64,000 nt of DNA from an uncultured Erysipelotrichaceae bacterium (GTDB taxonomy: Bacteria; Bacillota_I; Bacilli_A; RFN20; CAG-826): assembly GCA_902777015.1 (NCBI GenBank), contig CACYSA010000005.1, positions 9,031-73,030 of the forward strand, given 5' to 3'. The notes below the pieces were generated by a model. The model was not told the origin of the DNA. It ran no database searches and saw nothing but the letters and a program-made list of their open reading frames with translations. Below, piece after piece: positions 10,141 to 17,946 of this stretch. The position numbers and the translations under genes were made by a program. The first letter of the stretch is position 1; each line of letters begins with the position of its first letter.

Positions 10141-10149
10141 AATGAAGGC

Positions 10150-11409
10150 ATGAATAATAAATTTGAAGATGCTTTTAAAGTACAACTAGGACCTAAATAT
10201 TTAACTGAGAAAGAATTAGAATACGATAATTCCGCGGGTGTATTTTTATCACCATATGAATATAGTCAATATTTGCTATATAAAGAACAATTAATTGAAA
10301 ATAAAGATAAAAGGATTGTTAAACTTCCTTTAAAAACTTTTAATCATAAATGTATTTATTTTTCTATTGGTGATGAACTTCATTCTATTGTGAATAGTTA
10401 CCTATCTTTAACTCAAGATGACTATTCATCTAATAAATTATTTATCGGTGATAGATTATCCACTAATATTTATAAATCTAGAATCTATTCAGAAATAGAG
10501 GGATCATTAAACGTTGAAAACGTTCCCACTACAAGAAGGAGATTAAAAGAGCTTTTAGAAGAAGATAAAACTCCAGAATGCCTTAATGACATCATTATTA
10601 AAAACATGGATAAGGCGATTAAATATGTTGAAACCGCTCCTAGTTTTAATAAAGAAAACTTATATCATCTATATAACTTATTAAGTGAAGGATGTTTAAA
10701 AGATGATGATAAATTAAAAGTGGGAGAATATTACCGCTACGATACTGTTGAAGTAGGGGGCTATAAAGGCTGTCCACATTCGATGATTGAAGAATGTATG
10801 GATAGTTTATTTAGTTTTGCTAACGAACAACTAAAAGAGAAAAAAGCCAGTAGCATGATGTATTTACCACATGTCTGTCATTACTATATTCTTTATATCC
10901 ATCCATATTTCGATTATAACGGTAGAATCGCGAGAATGGTTTCTTATTGGATATATCTACTAGGGGATAAGAAATACCATCCTCCAATTATTTCAGAAGC
11001 TATCAATCAAACAAAAAATAATTATTATCACGCGATTGAATTAAGTAGAGATGCACATAACGATATCTCATATTTCTTGCTTTATTTATTTTCTATGTCT
11101 TGTGACTGTATTCTTTGTTACCAAAACTTAGAATTCATTGAACAACTATTAAAAAATAAGGGTGAGCTATTAACGGAAACAGATAGTAATTATCTTAAGA
11201 AAATAATGGTTACTTATAACGGCAAATTCACTTATTTAGATTTTTTAAATAACTGCAAAATCGAAATGACTAAACAAGGTGCATTAAAGCTATTAAATAA
11301 ATATGTCAGTTATGGAATATTACAAGAAGTTGAAACACCATCAAAAAGTAAACTATTCGATTTGGATAAAAAAATGATTAAATATAGATTGAAGAATATA
11401 AAATTATAA
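10150..11409 (+). CDS. Fic-family protein with C-terminal HTH-like region
   Basis: HPYFDYNGRIAR Fic motif variant; upstream SLNVEN matches the (S/T)xxxE(G/N) inhibitory helix. Start set at ATG 10150. Confidence 0.87.
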   Translation: MNNKFEDAFKVQLGPKYLTEKELEYDNSAGVFLSPYEYSQYLLYKEQLIENKDKRIVKLPLKTFNHKCIYFSIGDELHSIVNSYLSLTQDDYSSNKLFIGDRLSTNIYKSRIYSEIEGSLNVENVPTTRRRLKELLEEDKTPECLNDIIIKNMDKAIKYVETAPSFNKENLYHLYNLLSEGCLKDDDKLKVGEYYRYDTVEVGGYKGCPHSMIEECMDSLFSFANEQLKEKKASSMMYLPHVCHYYILYIHPYFDYNGRIARMVSYWIYLLGDKKYHPPIISEAINQTKNNYYHAIELSRDAHNDISYFLLYLFSMSCDCILCYQNLEFIEQLLKNKGELLTETDSNYLKKIMVTYNGKFTYLDFLNNCKIEMTKQGALKLLNKYVSYGILQEVETPSKSKLFDLDKKMIKYRLKNIKL

Positions 11410-11414
11410 ACAAT

Positions 11415-12626
11415 ATGGACAAACAATTATTAAAACAATATGACCACTATAAGTCTTTAAACCTCAACATCTCTATGGCTAGAGGCAAGCCTTGCAAAGA
11501 ACAAGTTGATTTATCTTTACCAATGTTAGATTTATTAAATTCATCTTCTAATTTAATTATTAATAATGCTGATTATCGAAATTATGGAATATTAGACGGC
11601 ATCCCTGAATGTAAGAAGATGTTTTCTAATATCATGGGTATTAAAGAAGAAAACATTATTGTTTACGGTAATTCTTCTTTATATATCATGGCCTCACTTG
11701 TGGAAAAAAGTGTCCTTCATGGTGTTAATAACGGCCTTCCATTTTCTAAACAAAAACATATCAAATGGCTATGTCCAGTTCCTGGATATGATAGGCACTT
11801 TACAATATGTGAATCACTAGGCATTGAAATGATTAACATCCCAATGGATGAACATGGTCCAGATATGGACAAAGTGGAACAATATATTAAAGATCCAACA
11901 GTTAAAGGTATTTGGTGTGTACCTAAATATTCAAATCCAACTGGTATTAATTATAGTGATGAAGTGATAAGAAGATTTGCGAAATTAAAACCCGCCTCTA
12001 ATGATTTTAGAATCTACTGGGATTTAGCGTATCTCGCTCAACAATCTTTTGATCAACAATATGAACCTATATTAAATATCTATGATGAATGTAAAAAGTA
12101 TAACAATGAAGATATTGTTTATATGTTTACATCAACTTCTAAGATGACATTCCCTGGTTCAGGTGTCTCCGCTTTAGGGTGCAGTGAAAATAACATCAAA
12201 GATATTAAGAACACATTAAAATATCAAACCATCGGTTATGATAAATTAAATCAATATAGACACGCATTGTTCTTTAAAGATGATAAAGCCATTAAAGAAC
12301 ATATGAATAAACACGCTAAATTATTAAAACCAAAATTTGATATCGTTTTAGATATATTTGAAAAAGAAATAAAAGACATTGCTAGATGGAGTAAACCAAC
12401 AGGTGGATATTTTATATCCCTTTACGTTAAAAACGCCTCAGAAGTCGTAAAAACATGCAAAGAATTAGGAGTAACACTTACAGATGTTGGTGCTTCTTAT
12501 CCATATCATAAAGATCCTAATAATGAACACATAAGAATCTGTCCTAGCTATCCATCATTAGAAGAACTTAAGTTAGCGACAGAAGTTATTTGCCTAGCGG
12601 TAAAACTAGTTCACGATAAAGCGTAA
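11415..12626 (+). CDS. Aspartate aminotransferase-like PLP enzyme (actinobacterial/class Ic type)
   Basis: LNISMARGKP, PVPGYDRHF, WCVPKYSNPTG, STSKMTFPG, PTGGYFISL, IRICPSYP. Confidence 0.85.
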   Translation: MDKQLLKQYDHYKSLNLNISMARGKPCKEQVDLSLPMLDLLNSSSNLIINNADYRNYGILDGIPECKKMFSNIMGIKEENIIVYGNSSLYIMASLVEKSVLHGVNNGLPFSKQKHIKWLCPVPGYDRHFTICESLGIEMINIPMDEHGPDMDKVEQYIKDPTVKGIWCVPKYSNPTGINYSDEVIRRFAKLKPASNDFRIYWDLAYLAQQSFDQQYEPILNIYDECKKYNNEDIVYMFTSTSKMTFPGSGVSALGCSENNIKDIKNTLKYQTIGYDKLNQYRHALFFKDDKAIKEHMNKHAKLLKPKFDIVLDIFEKEIKDIARWSKPTGGYFISLYVKNASEVVKTCKELGVTLTDVGASYPYHKDPNNEHIRICPSYPSLEELKLATEVICLAVKLVHDKA

Positions 12627-12663
12627 AAACAAAACGTTCCTTTTTCTCGGAACGTTTTTGTTT
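12627..12663. terminator. Bidirectional intrinsic terminator
   Basis: AAAACGTTCC-8 nt-GGAACGTTTT stem with A-rich and T-rich flanks, between convergent units. Confidence 0.75.
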
Positions 12664-12751
12664 ACCGACCGGGGCAGTTACCATCCCGGATCACCTTTCC
12701 ACCTATTTCCAGGTGCGTCGTGGTCGTGCACTGATTCTCCACCTTCGGTAA
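12662..12751 (-). ncRNA. Unassigned structured RNA unit A (four-way junction, GAAA hairpin)
   Basis: Closing stem TTACCGA/TCGGTAA; shares a 25-nt identical block and a 32-nt block with 1 mismatch with unit B; compensatory changes in stems. Confidence 0.7.
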
Positions 12752-12762
12752 TTATAAGTTTG

Positions 12763-12857
12763 TTTTGTCAACCGGGGCAGTTACCATCCCGGATCGCAGT
12801 AGCCATCTATTTCTAGATGCGTCGTGGTCGCGCACTGATTCTCCACCTTTGACAAAA
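12763..12857 (-). ncRNA. Unassigned structured RNA unit B
   Basis: Closing stem TTTTGTCAA/TTGACAAAA; hairpin CAUCUA-GAAA-UAGAUG; extended -10 (TGaTATAAT, minus strand 12868-12860) immediately upstream. Confidence 0.7.
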
Positions 12858-12881
12858 TCATTATATCAAACTTTTCTAAGT

Positions 12882-13265
12882 TTAATAGTCTTTTATTTTA
12901 TAAGCTATGAACACAGTTTTTATGTAATAAATTTTACTTTCCCCCTCTTTTAGTTTTATTGCCAATTGGATAAAACCCTTATTGCCTCCTTTTCTTTTAA
13001 TGTAGTAGTAATAAGTATCTTTTAATTCTTTGCTCTTAGTGAATCTTATGTAATTTTTTATTCCTTCAATTATTGTTTCGATGTCTCTCACTTTAAGCTC
13101 ATGTGTGCTTTTGGCAATATGTTGGAATCTAGTCTCGTTACTCCTTGATTTGTCATTTTCAACAGAAATGATGAACCCATGTCTTTTATCTTCGATTGTG
13201 GGAGGCAGCTTTTCTAATGCCTCGATGATTTTCAAGTTGTATTTGCTGTAAGATTTCTTTGCCAT
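12882..13265 (-). CDS. Small basic protein, putative BECR-fold (Barnase/EndoU/colicin E5-D/RelE-like) ribonuclease
   Basis: 127 aa, Lys-rich; pattern FQHIAKSTH...IETIIEGIKN...YYYYIKR...FIQLAIKL...YYIKTVF resembles PBECR-type domains (fold call is inference). Confidence 0.5.
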   Translation of the reverse strand: MAKKSYSKYNLKIIEALEKLPPTIEDKRHGFIISVENDKSRSNETRFQHIAKSTHELKVRDIETIIEGIKNYIRFTKSKELKDTYYYYIKRKGGNKGFIQLAIKLKEGESKIYYIKTVFIAYKIKDY

Positions 13266-13323
13266 AAAGTGACTACATTTTAGAACACAAAAAAGTTAGA
13301 AAACAACACATATTTTTTGCTCA

Positions 13324-13411
13324 AGATGACCATCCCCATTTATTTATATTTATACTCAATGTAGATGTAGATTAGTAGATATACTAAATATAAATATGGG
13401 GATGACCATCT
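13324..13411. repeat. Long imperfect inverted repeat between nuclease-like gene and gdhA
   Basis: AGATGACCATCCCCATTTATTTATATTTA ... TAAATATAAATATGGGGATGACCATCT; both arms carry GATGACCATC. Confidence 0.6.
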
Positions 13412-13528
13412 AAAAAATTTTTTTGAAGTAGGTGGATAGATATATAAAAAATATATAATTTTGATACGTTTTTTGTATGATGTTGTTTTTCATAGTGCTA
13501 TTATTTTTCCATAAAGAAGGTCTTACTT

Positions 13529-14875
13529 ATGTATAAGAACGAATATTTAAACCGTATTTTAGACGATGTGAAAGTCAAATACGCTGAACAAAAAGAATTT
13601 ATCCAAGCAGTAGAAGAATTCTTAGATTCTATGGATTTCATTGTTGATAAGGATCCAAGAATTGAAGAGAACGCTATTCTTGAAAGATTAGTGGTCCCAG
13701 AAAGAATTGTGCAATTCAGAGTACCTTGGGTTGATGATAATGGCAAGATTAGAGTCAATACTGGTTACCGTGTCCAATTTAATTCCGCGATTGGTCCATA
13801 TAAAGGCGGTATGAGATTTGATAAGTCTGTGAATTTATCAATTCTTAAATTCTTAGGTTTTGAACAGACATTTAAAAACTCCTTAACTGGTTTACCAATG
13901 GGTGGTGGTAAAGGTGGTTCTGATTTTGATCCACGAGGCAAAAGTGACGCTGAAGTGATGAGATTCTGTCAATCCTTTATGGCAGAAATGTTCCGTCATA
14001 TTGGCCCTAATACCGATGTTCCTGCGGGTGACTTAGGTTTCGGTGCTAGAGAAATCGGCTATATGTTTGGTTATTATAAAAAACTTAGAAATGAATGGTC
14101 TGGTGTCTTCACTGGTAAAAACATCTCCTATGGTGGTTCCTTATATCGACCAGAAGCTACAGGCTATGGCTTATTATATTTCGCTGAAGAAATGTTAAAA
14201 ACTTACTTTAATGATGATATTAAAGGTAAGAAAGTTGTTATCTCCGGTAGTGGTAAAGTCGGTTCAATGGCCGCTTTAAAAGCTAAAGAATTAGGCGCTA
14301 TTATCGTTGGTATGTCTGATATCAATGGTTGTGTTAGTGATCCTAATGGCTTAGATGTTGATAAGATTATCGAACTTGCTAAAGCTAAAGGTGAATTCGT
14401 TAACGATTATGTGAAGTTATATCCAAATGTTAAATATAGCAAAGTCAGTAGAGACTTATGGAAGACACCATGTGATATTGCCTTACCATGTGCGACCCAA
14501 GGTGAAATCAATTTAGATAACGCTAAAGAATTAAAAGCTAATGGCTGCTATATGGTTGTGGAAGGCGCTAATATGCCATGCGATTTAGCGGCTATCCGTT
14601 TCTTTAACGAAAATGATGTTATCTTCTCACCTGGTAAAGCAAGTAATGCTGGTGGTGTCGCAGTATCTGGATTAGAAATGAGCCAAAACGCTATGCACTT
14701 ATCTTGGACAGCGGAAGAAGTTGATGAAAAACTTAAAGGCATTATGAAGAACATCTTTAGACAATGCTATGAAACCGCTAAGAAATACGGAGAACCAAAG
14801 AACTTAGCGTTAGGCGCTAATATCGCTGGTTTCTTAAAAGTCTATGACGCAATGCTCGCGGAAGGCATCGTCTAA
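13529..14875 (+). CDS. gdhA: Glutamate dehydrogenase, copy 1
   Basis: GYRVQFNSAIGPYKGGMRF, EQTFKNSLTGLPMGGGKGGSDFDP, DVPAGD, RPEATGYG, EGANMP, KASNAGGVAVSGLEM. Confidence 0.95.
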   Translation: MYKNEYLNRILDDVKVKYAEQKEFIQAVEEFLDSMDFIVDKDPRIEENAILERLVVPERIVQFRVPWVDDNGKIRVNTGYRVQFNSAIGPYKGGMRFDKSVNLSILKFLGFEQTFKNSLTGLPMGGGKGGSDFDPRGKSDAEVMRFCQSFMAEMFRHIGPNTDVPAGDLGFGAREIGYMFGYYKKLRNEWSGVFTGKNISYGGSLYRPEATGYGLLYFAEEMLKTYFNDDIKGKKVVISGSGKVGSMAALKAKELGAIIVGMSDINGCVSDPNGLDVDKIIELAKAKGEFVNDYVKLYPNVKYSKVSRDLWKTPCDIALPCATQGEINLDNAKELKANGCYMVVEGANMPCDLAAIRFFNENDVIFSPGKASNAGGVAVSGLEMSQNAMHLSWTAEEVDEKLKGIMKNIFRQCYETAKKYGEPKNLALGANIAGFLKVYDAMLAEGIV

Positions 14876-14999
14876 TATATCTGATTCTTTCGCATAAAAT
14901 CTTAAACATATCATTTTTGTATAGTATTCATATTAAATAAGTATTATTTATTTGTTGTTGCAAATGATATGTTTTTTTCATTATTGGAGGAATCTAATT

Positions 15000-16295
15000 A
15001 TGGATTACGAGAAATATAACGATCAGCCAGAATTTAAAGCGGCTTTACATGAAATGTTTACTTCATTAGATGATTCCATCCTCAATGACCCTAAATACGC
15101 TGCTGTTATTGAAAGAATTGTCGAACCAGATAAAATCATCACCTTTGATGTGAAGTGGAAAGACGACCAAGGCAATATCAGAGTTAACAAAGGATACCGT
15201 ATTAGATTTAATAATGTTAACGGTGTTTATAAAGGTGGTTTAAGATTCCACCCATCTGTTAATTTATCAATTTTAAAATTATTAGGTTTTGAACAAATAT
15301 TTAAAAATTACTTAACTGGTTTACCAATGGGTGGCGCAAAAGGCGGTAGTGACTTTGATCCTAAAGGTAAAAGTGATAACGAAGTCAAAAACTTCTGCTA
15401 CGCATTTATGAAAGAATTGTATCCATATATTGGTGTTAATATTGATGTTCCAGCGGGTGACATTGGTGTCGGTGGTCGCGAAATCAGATACCTTTATGAA
15501 GCTTATAAAGAATATAGTGGTAAATCTGATTGTTCGTTAACAGGTAAACCATTAGACTTAGGTGGTTCTTTGTGTCGAACAGAAGCCACTGGTTATGGTG
15601 TTACCTATTTTGCTAGAGGCGCATTAAAAACATATAAAGACACTAATTTCAAAGGTAAAAAAGTTATTGTTTCCGGTAGTGGTAATGTTGCCTTATATTG
15701 CTTAAAGAAAGTGACAGAATATGGTGGCACAGTCATTGCGATGAACGACTCTAATAATACAATATATGCACCGAATGGTATTGATTTTGAAACCATGAGA
15801 GCGCTTAAAGAAGATAGACGTGGAAGAATTAAAGAATATAAAGATTTAGTAAATGATGAAGTCACAGTCTTAGATAGAAAAGATATCTGGTCTATTAAAT
15901 GTGATTTAGCCTTCCCATGCGCAACACAATTTGAATTAGATATAGAAGACGCTAAGAAATTAATCGCTAATGGATGTATCGGTGTCTTTGAAGGCGCTAA
16001 TATGCCATGCACATTAGATGCCGCTAATTTGTTTATTAAAAATAAAGTTATCTATTCTCCAGGTAAAGCCAGTAACGCTGGTGGTGTTGCGGTATCTGGT
16101 TTAGAAATTGAACAATACTTAAAGAATGAAAAATGGCCATTTGAAGAAGTCGATTTAAAGTTAAAGCACATTATGAAAACAATCTTCAAAAACTGTTATG
16201 ACACCGCGAAAGAATTAGGCGATGAATATAACCTTATTAAAGGCGCTAACAATTTTGCCTTTAAAGGTATCGCTGATAAAATGTTATCGCTATAG
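15000..16295 (+). CDS. gdhA: Glutamate dehydrogenase, copy 2
   Basis: GGAGG RBS before ATG 15000. YKGGLRFHPSVNLS, PMGGAKGGSDFDP, RTEATGYG, SGSGNVA, EGANMP. Confidence 0.93.
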   Translation: MDYEKYNDQPEFKAALHEMFTSLDDSILNDPKYAAVIERIVEPDKIITFDVKWKDDQGNIRVNKGYRIRFNNVNGVYKGGLRFHPSVNLSILKLLGFEQIFKNYLTGLPMGGAKGGSDFDPKGKSDNEVKNFCYAFMKELYPYIGVNIDVPAGDIGVGGREIRYLYEAYKEYSGKSDCSLTGKPLDLGGSLCRTEATGYGVTYFARGALKTYKDTNFKGKKVIVSGSGNVALYCLKKVTEYGGTVIAMNDSNNTIYAPNGIDFETMRALKEDRRGRIKEYKDLVNDEVTVLDRKDIWSIKCDLAFPCATQFELDIEDAKKLIANGCIGVFEGANMPCTLDAANLFIKNKVIYSPGKASNAGGVAVSGLEIEQYLKNEKWPFEEVDLKLKHIMKTIFKNCYDTAKELGDEYNLIKGANNFAFKGIADKMLSL

Positions 16296-16320
16296 GAACA
16301 ATTCGTTGTTCCTTTTTTCT
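16294..16320 (+). terminator. Intrinsic terminator
   Basis: AGGAACAA-TTCG-TTGTTCCT followed by T run. Confidence 0.8.
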
Positions 16321-16358
16321 TGATATAGTAAGATTATTTTTATCAGGAGATTCCCTTT

Positions 16359-16961
16359 ATGAAAAACTTAAGAAAACTATTTGCATTTGCACCAATTATG
16401 GTTCTTTCTTTATCCGCATGTGAGGCTCAATTATCGGAAGATAAAGCTAAAGAAAGAATGAATAAATATAACGCTAGTGAAGTAGCAAAAGAATATAAGA
16501 CATTTGACGTCAATTATAAATTAACTATTAATAAGAAGACTGGTGTCTTTGGTGAAGGTGGTGCTTTAGAAACAGTTACTAAATCATTTGAAACTGCTTT
16601 TGATATGGCGGAAGAAACATATAAAGATCAACCAGCTACTAATGGCATATTCAAAGTTAGTTCCACTAGTGATGCTTTAGTGGCCATCGATCAATTAGGT
16701 TTCAAGATGGACGCCAAATTTACTTATTATTCATATAAGACTGATGGTCTTAAAATCACGACAACCGCTTCAGCGAATGTTAATGAAAATGGTATGCTCA
16801 TGAAACTATCATCAAAAGGAAATACATATGTTCTTGATGATGGTCGTGTGGAAAAAGATGAAAGTAATATCAAGATGAATGTTTCTGGTGAAATGTTGGG
16901 CTTAAAGGTCAGTGGTGATTTAGACATTAGCATTCTTACAACCTATACTTGGAACAAGTAA
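16359..16961 (+). CDS. Lipoprotein of unknown function (paralog 1)
   Basis: Lipobox LSLSAC; similar to 17081-17671 (YVLDDGR, C-terminal YTWNK). Confidence 0.75.
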   Translation: MKNLRKLFAFAPIMVLSLSACEAQLSEDKAKERMNKYNASEVAKEYKTFDVNYKLTINKKTGVFGEGGALETVTKSFETAFDMAEETYKDQPATNGIFKVSSTSDALVAIDQLGFKMDAKFTYYSYKTDGLKITTTASANVNENGMLMKLSSKGNTYVLDDGRVEKDESNIKMNVSGEMLGLKVSGDLDISILTTYTWNK

Positions 16962-16985
16962 CTAAACATTAACAAAATAGTGGAT

Positions 16986-17014
16986 AAGGCCTGGTAATTA
17001 TCAGGTCTTTTTTT
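16986..17014 (+). terminator. Intrinsic terminator
   Basis: AAGGCCTG...CAGGTCTT plus T run. Confidence 0.7.
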
Positions 17015-17080
17015 CTAAAAATTATTCAATTATTGAATAGCAAGTAGTAGAATATTTCTATCAAAAGGGAGAATTATAAA

Positions 17081-17671
17081 ATGAATGTTTTAAGAAAATT
17101 AGTCGTTCTCGCTCCAGTCATGCTTTTATCATTAACCGCATGTGAAGCAAAACTCGACGATGCAAAAGCTCAAGAAAGAGCCGCTACATATGATGCTGCT
17201 AAAGTATCAGAAACTTACAAATCATATGACCAAAAAGGTAAATGTGATGTTAAAAAACAAACAGGTATCTTCGCTGATGATAACCCAATCATGGGTAAAA
17301 TCGTCAAAGCCATGAAAGAAGCCCTCAACAAAGAACAAAAAGGTTTAGCACCTGAAACTGGTATCTATACAGCGGGCGCATTTGATGAATTAGTTAAATC
17401 TGTTTCTACTGAAGGTGCTGGTAAAGCCACTCTTAGCTACTATGCTTATAAGAGCTCTGGTCTTAAGATCGTTGCCGAAGCCAAGAATGGTAAAGACGAT
17501 AATGATGGCATGACCGGTGGCACAAAAGTCACAATGTACGTCTTAGATGATGGTAGAATCGAAAAAGCAACTGGCTCCATCAAATTAGATGTCTCCGCTA
17601 GTACGGGTGGTGTCTCCATGGAAGGTGCATTAGATATGTCCTTCTCCATGAACTACACATGGAATAAGTAA
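17081..17671 (+). CDS. Lipoprotein of unknown function (paralog 2)
   Basis: Lipobox LSLTAC; paralog of upstream gene. Confidence 0.75.
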   Translation: MNVLRKLVVLAPVMLLSLTACEAKLDDAKAQERAATYDAAKVSETYKSYDQKGKCDVKKQTGIFADDNPIMGKIVKAMKEALNKEQKGLAPETGIYTAGAFDELVKSVSTEGAGKATLSYYAYKSSGLKIVAEAKNGKDDNDGMTGGTKVTMYVLDDGRIEKATGSIKLDVSASTGGVSMEGALDMSFSMNYTWNK

Positions 17672-17706
17672 AACCTAATTATCCATTTAATTAAGATTTA
17701 TAGATT

Positions 17707-17734
17707 GAGAGTGTTCACGCACTCTCTTTCTTTT
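17707..17734 (+). terminator. Intrinsic terminator
   Basis: GAGAGTG...CACTCTC plus T-rich tail. Confidence 0.65.
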
Positions 17735-17946
17735 ATATATCCTTATATTTATTTAATTAGTATTAGTGGATGTAAAGAAAAATTACTAATTGAGTAAACA
17801 AAAAATTTTAATAATGTTTGCATTATATATAACATAGTTATAGTATTTAAAAGCGACTACTAGGTAAATGAAAGTTTACAAGATTTAGTTGCAATTATGC
17901 TAAAAACTCTATAAGGTTAAGGCATAGTGGAAAAGGAGCATTCATT

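Noticed and set aside
12662-12857. tRNA/tmRNA or CRISPR interpretation of the tandem repeats (plus strand GGGG...CTCCACC looks like a tRNA-Ala/tmRNA acceptor)
   Set aside because: No TTC T-loop, no 7-nt anticodon loop, no CCA end; only two units with a 7-8 nt variable part and no cas genes. GAAA tetraloops and the promoter favour the minus strand.
12765-12953. 62-aa plus-strand ORF
   Set aside because: Overlaps the RNA unit and the 3' end of the minus-strand gene; TTG start without RBS.
17672-17946. glmS ribozyme or other riboswitch upstream of glmM
   Set aside because: AT-rich region without a recognisable ribozyme core; only a terminator and promoter/operator-like elements.
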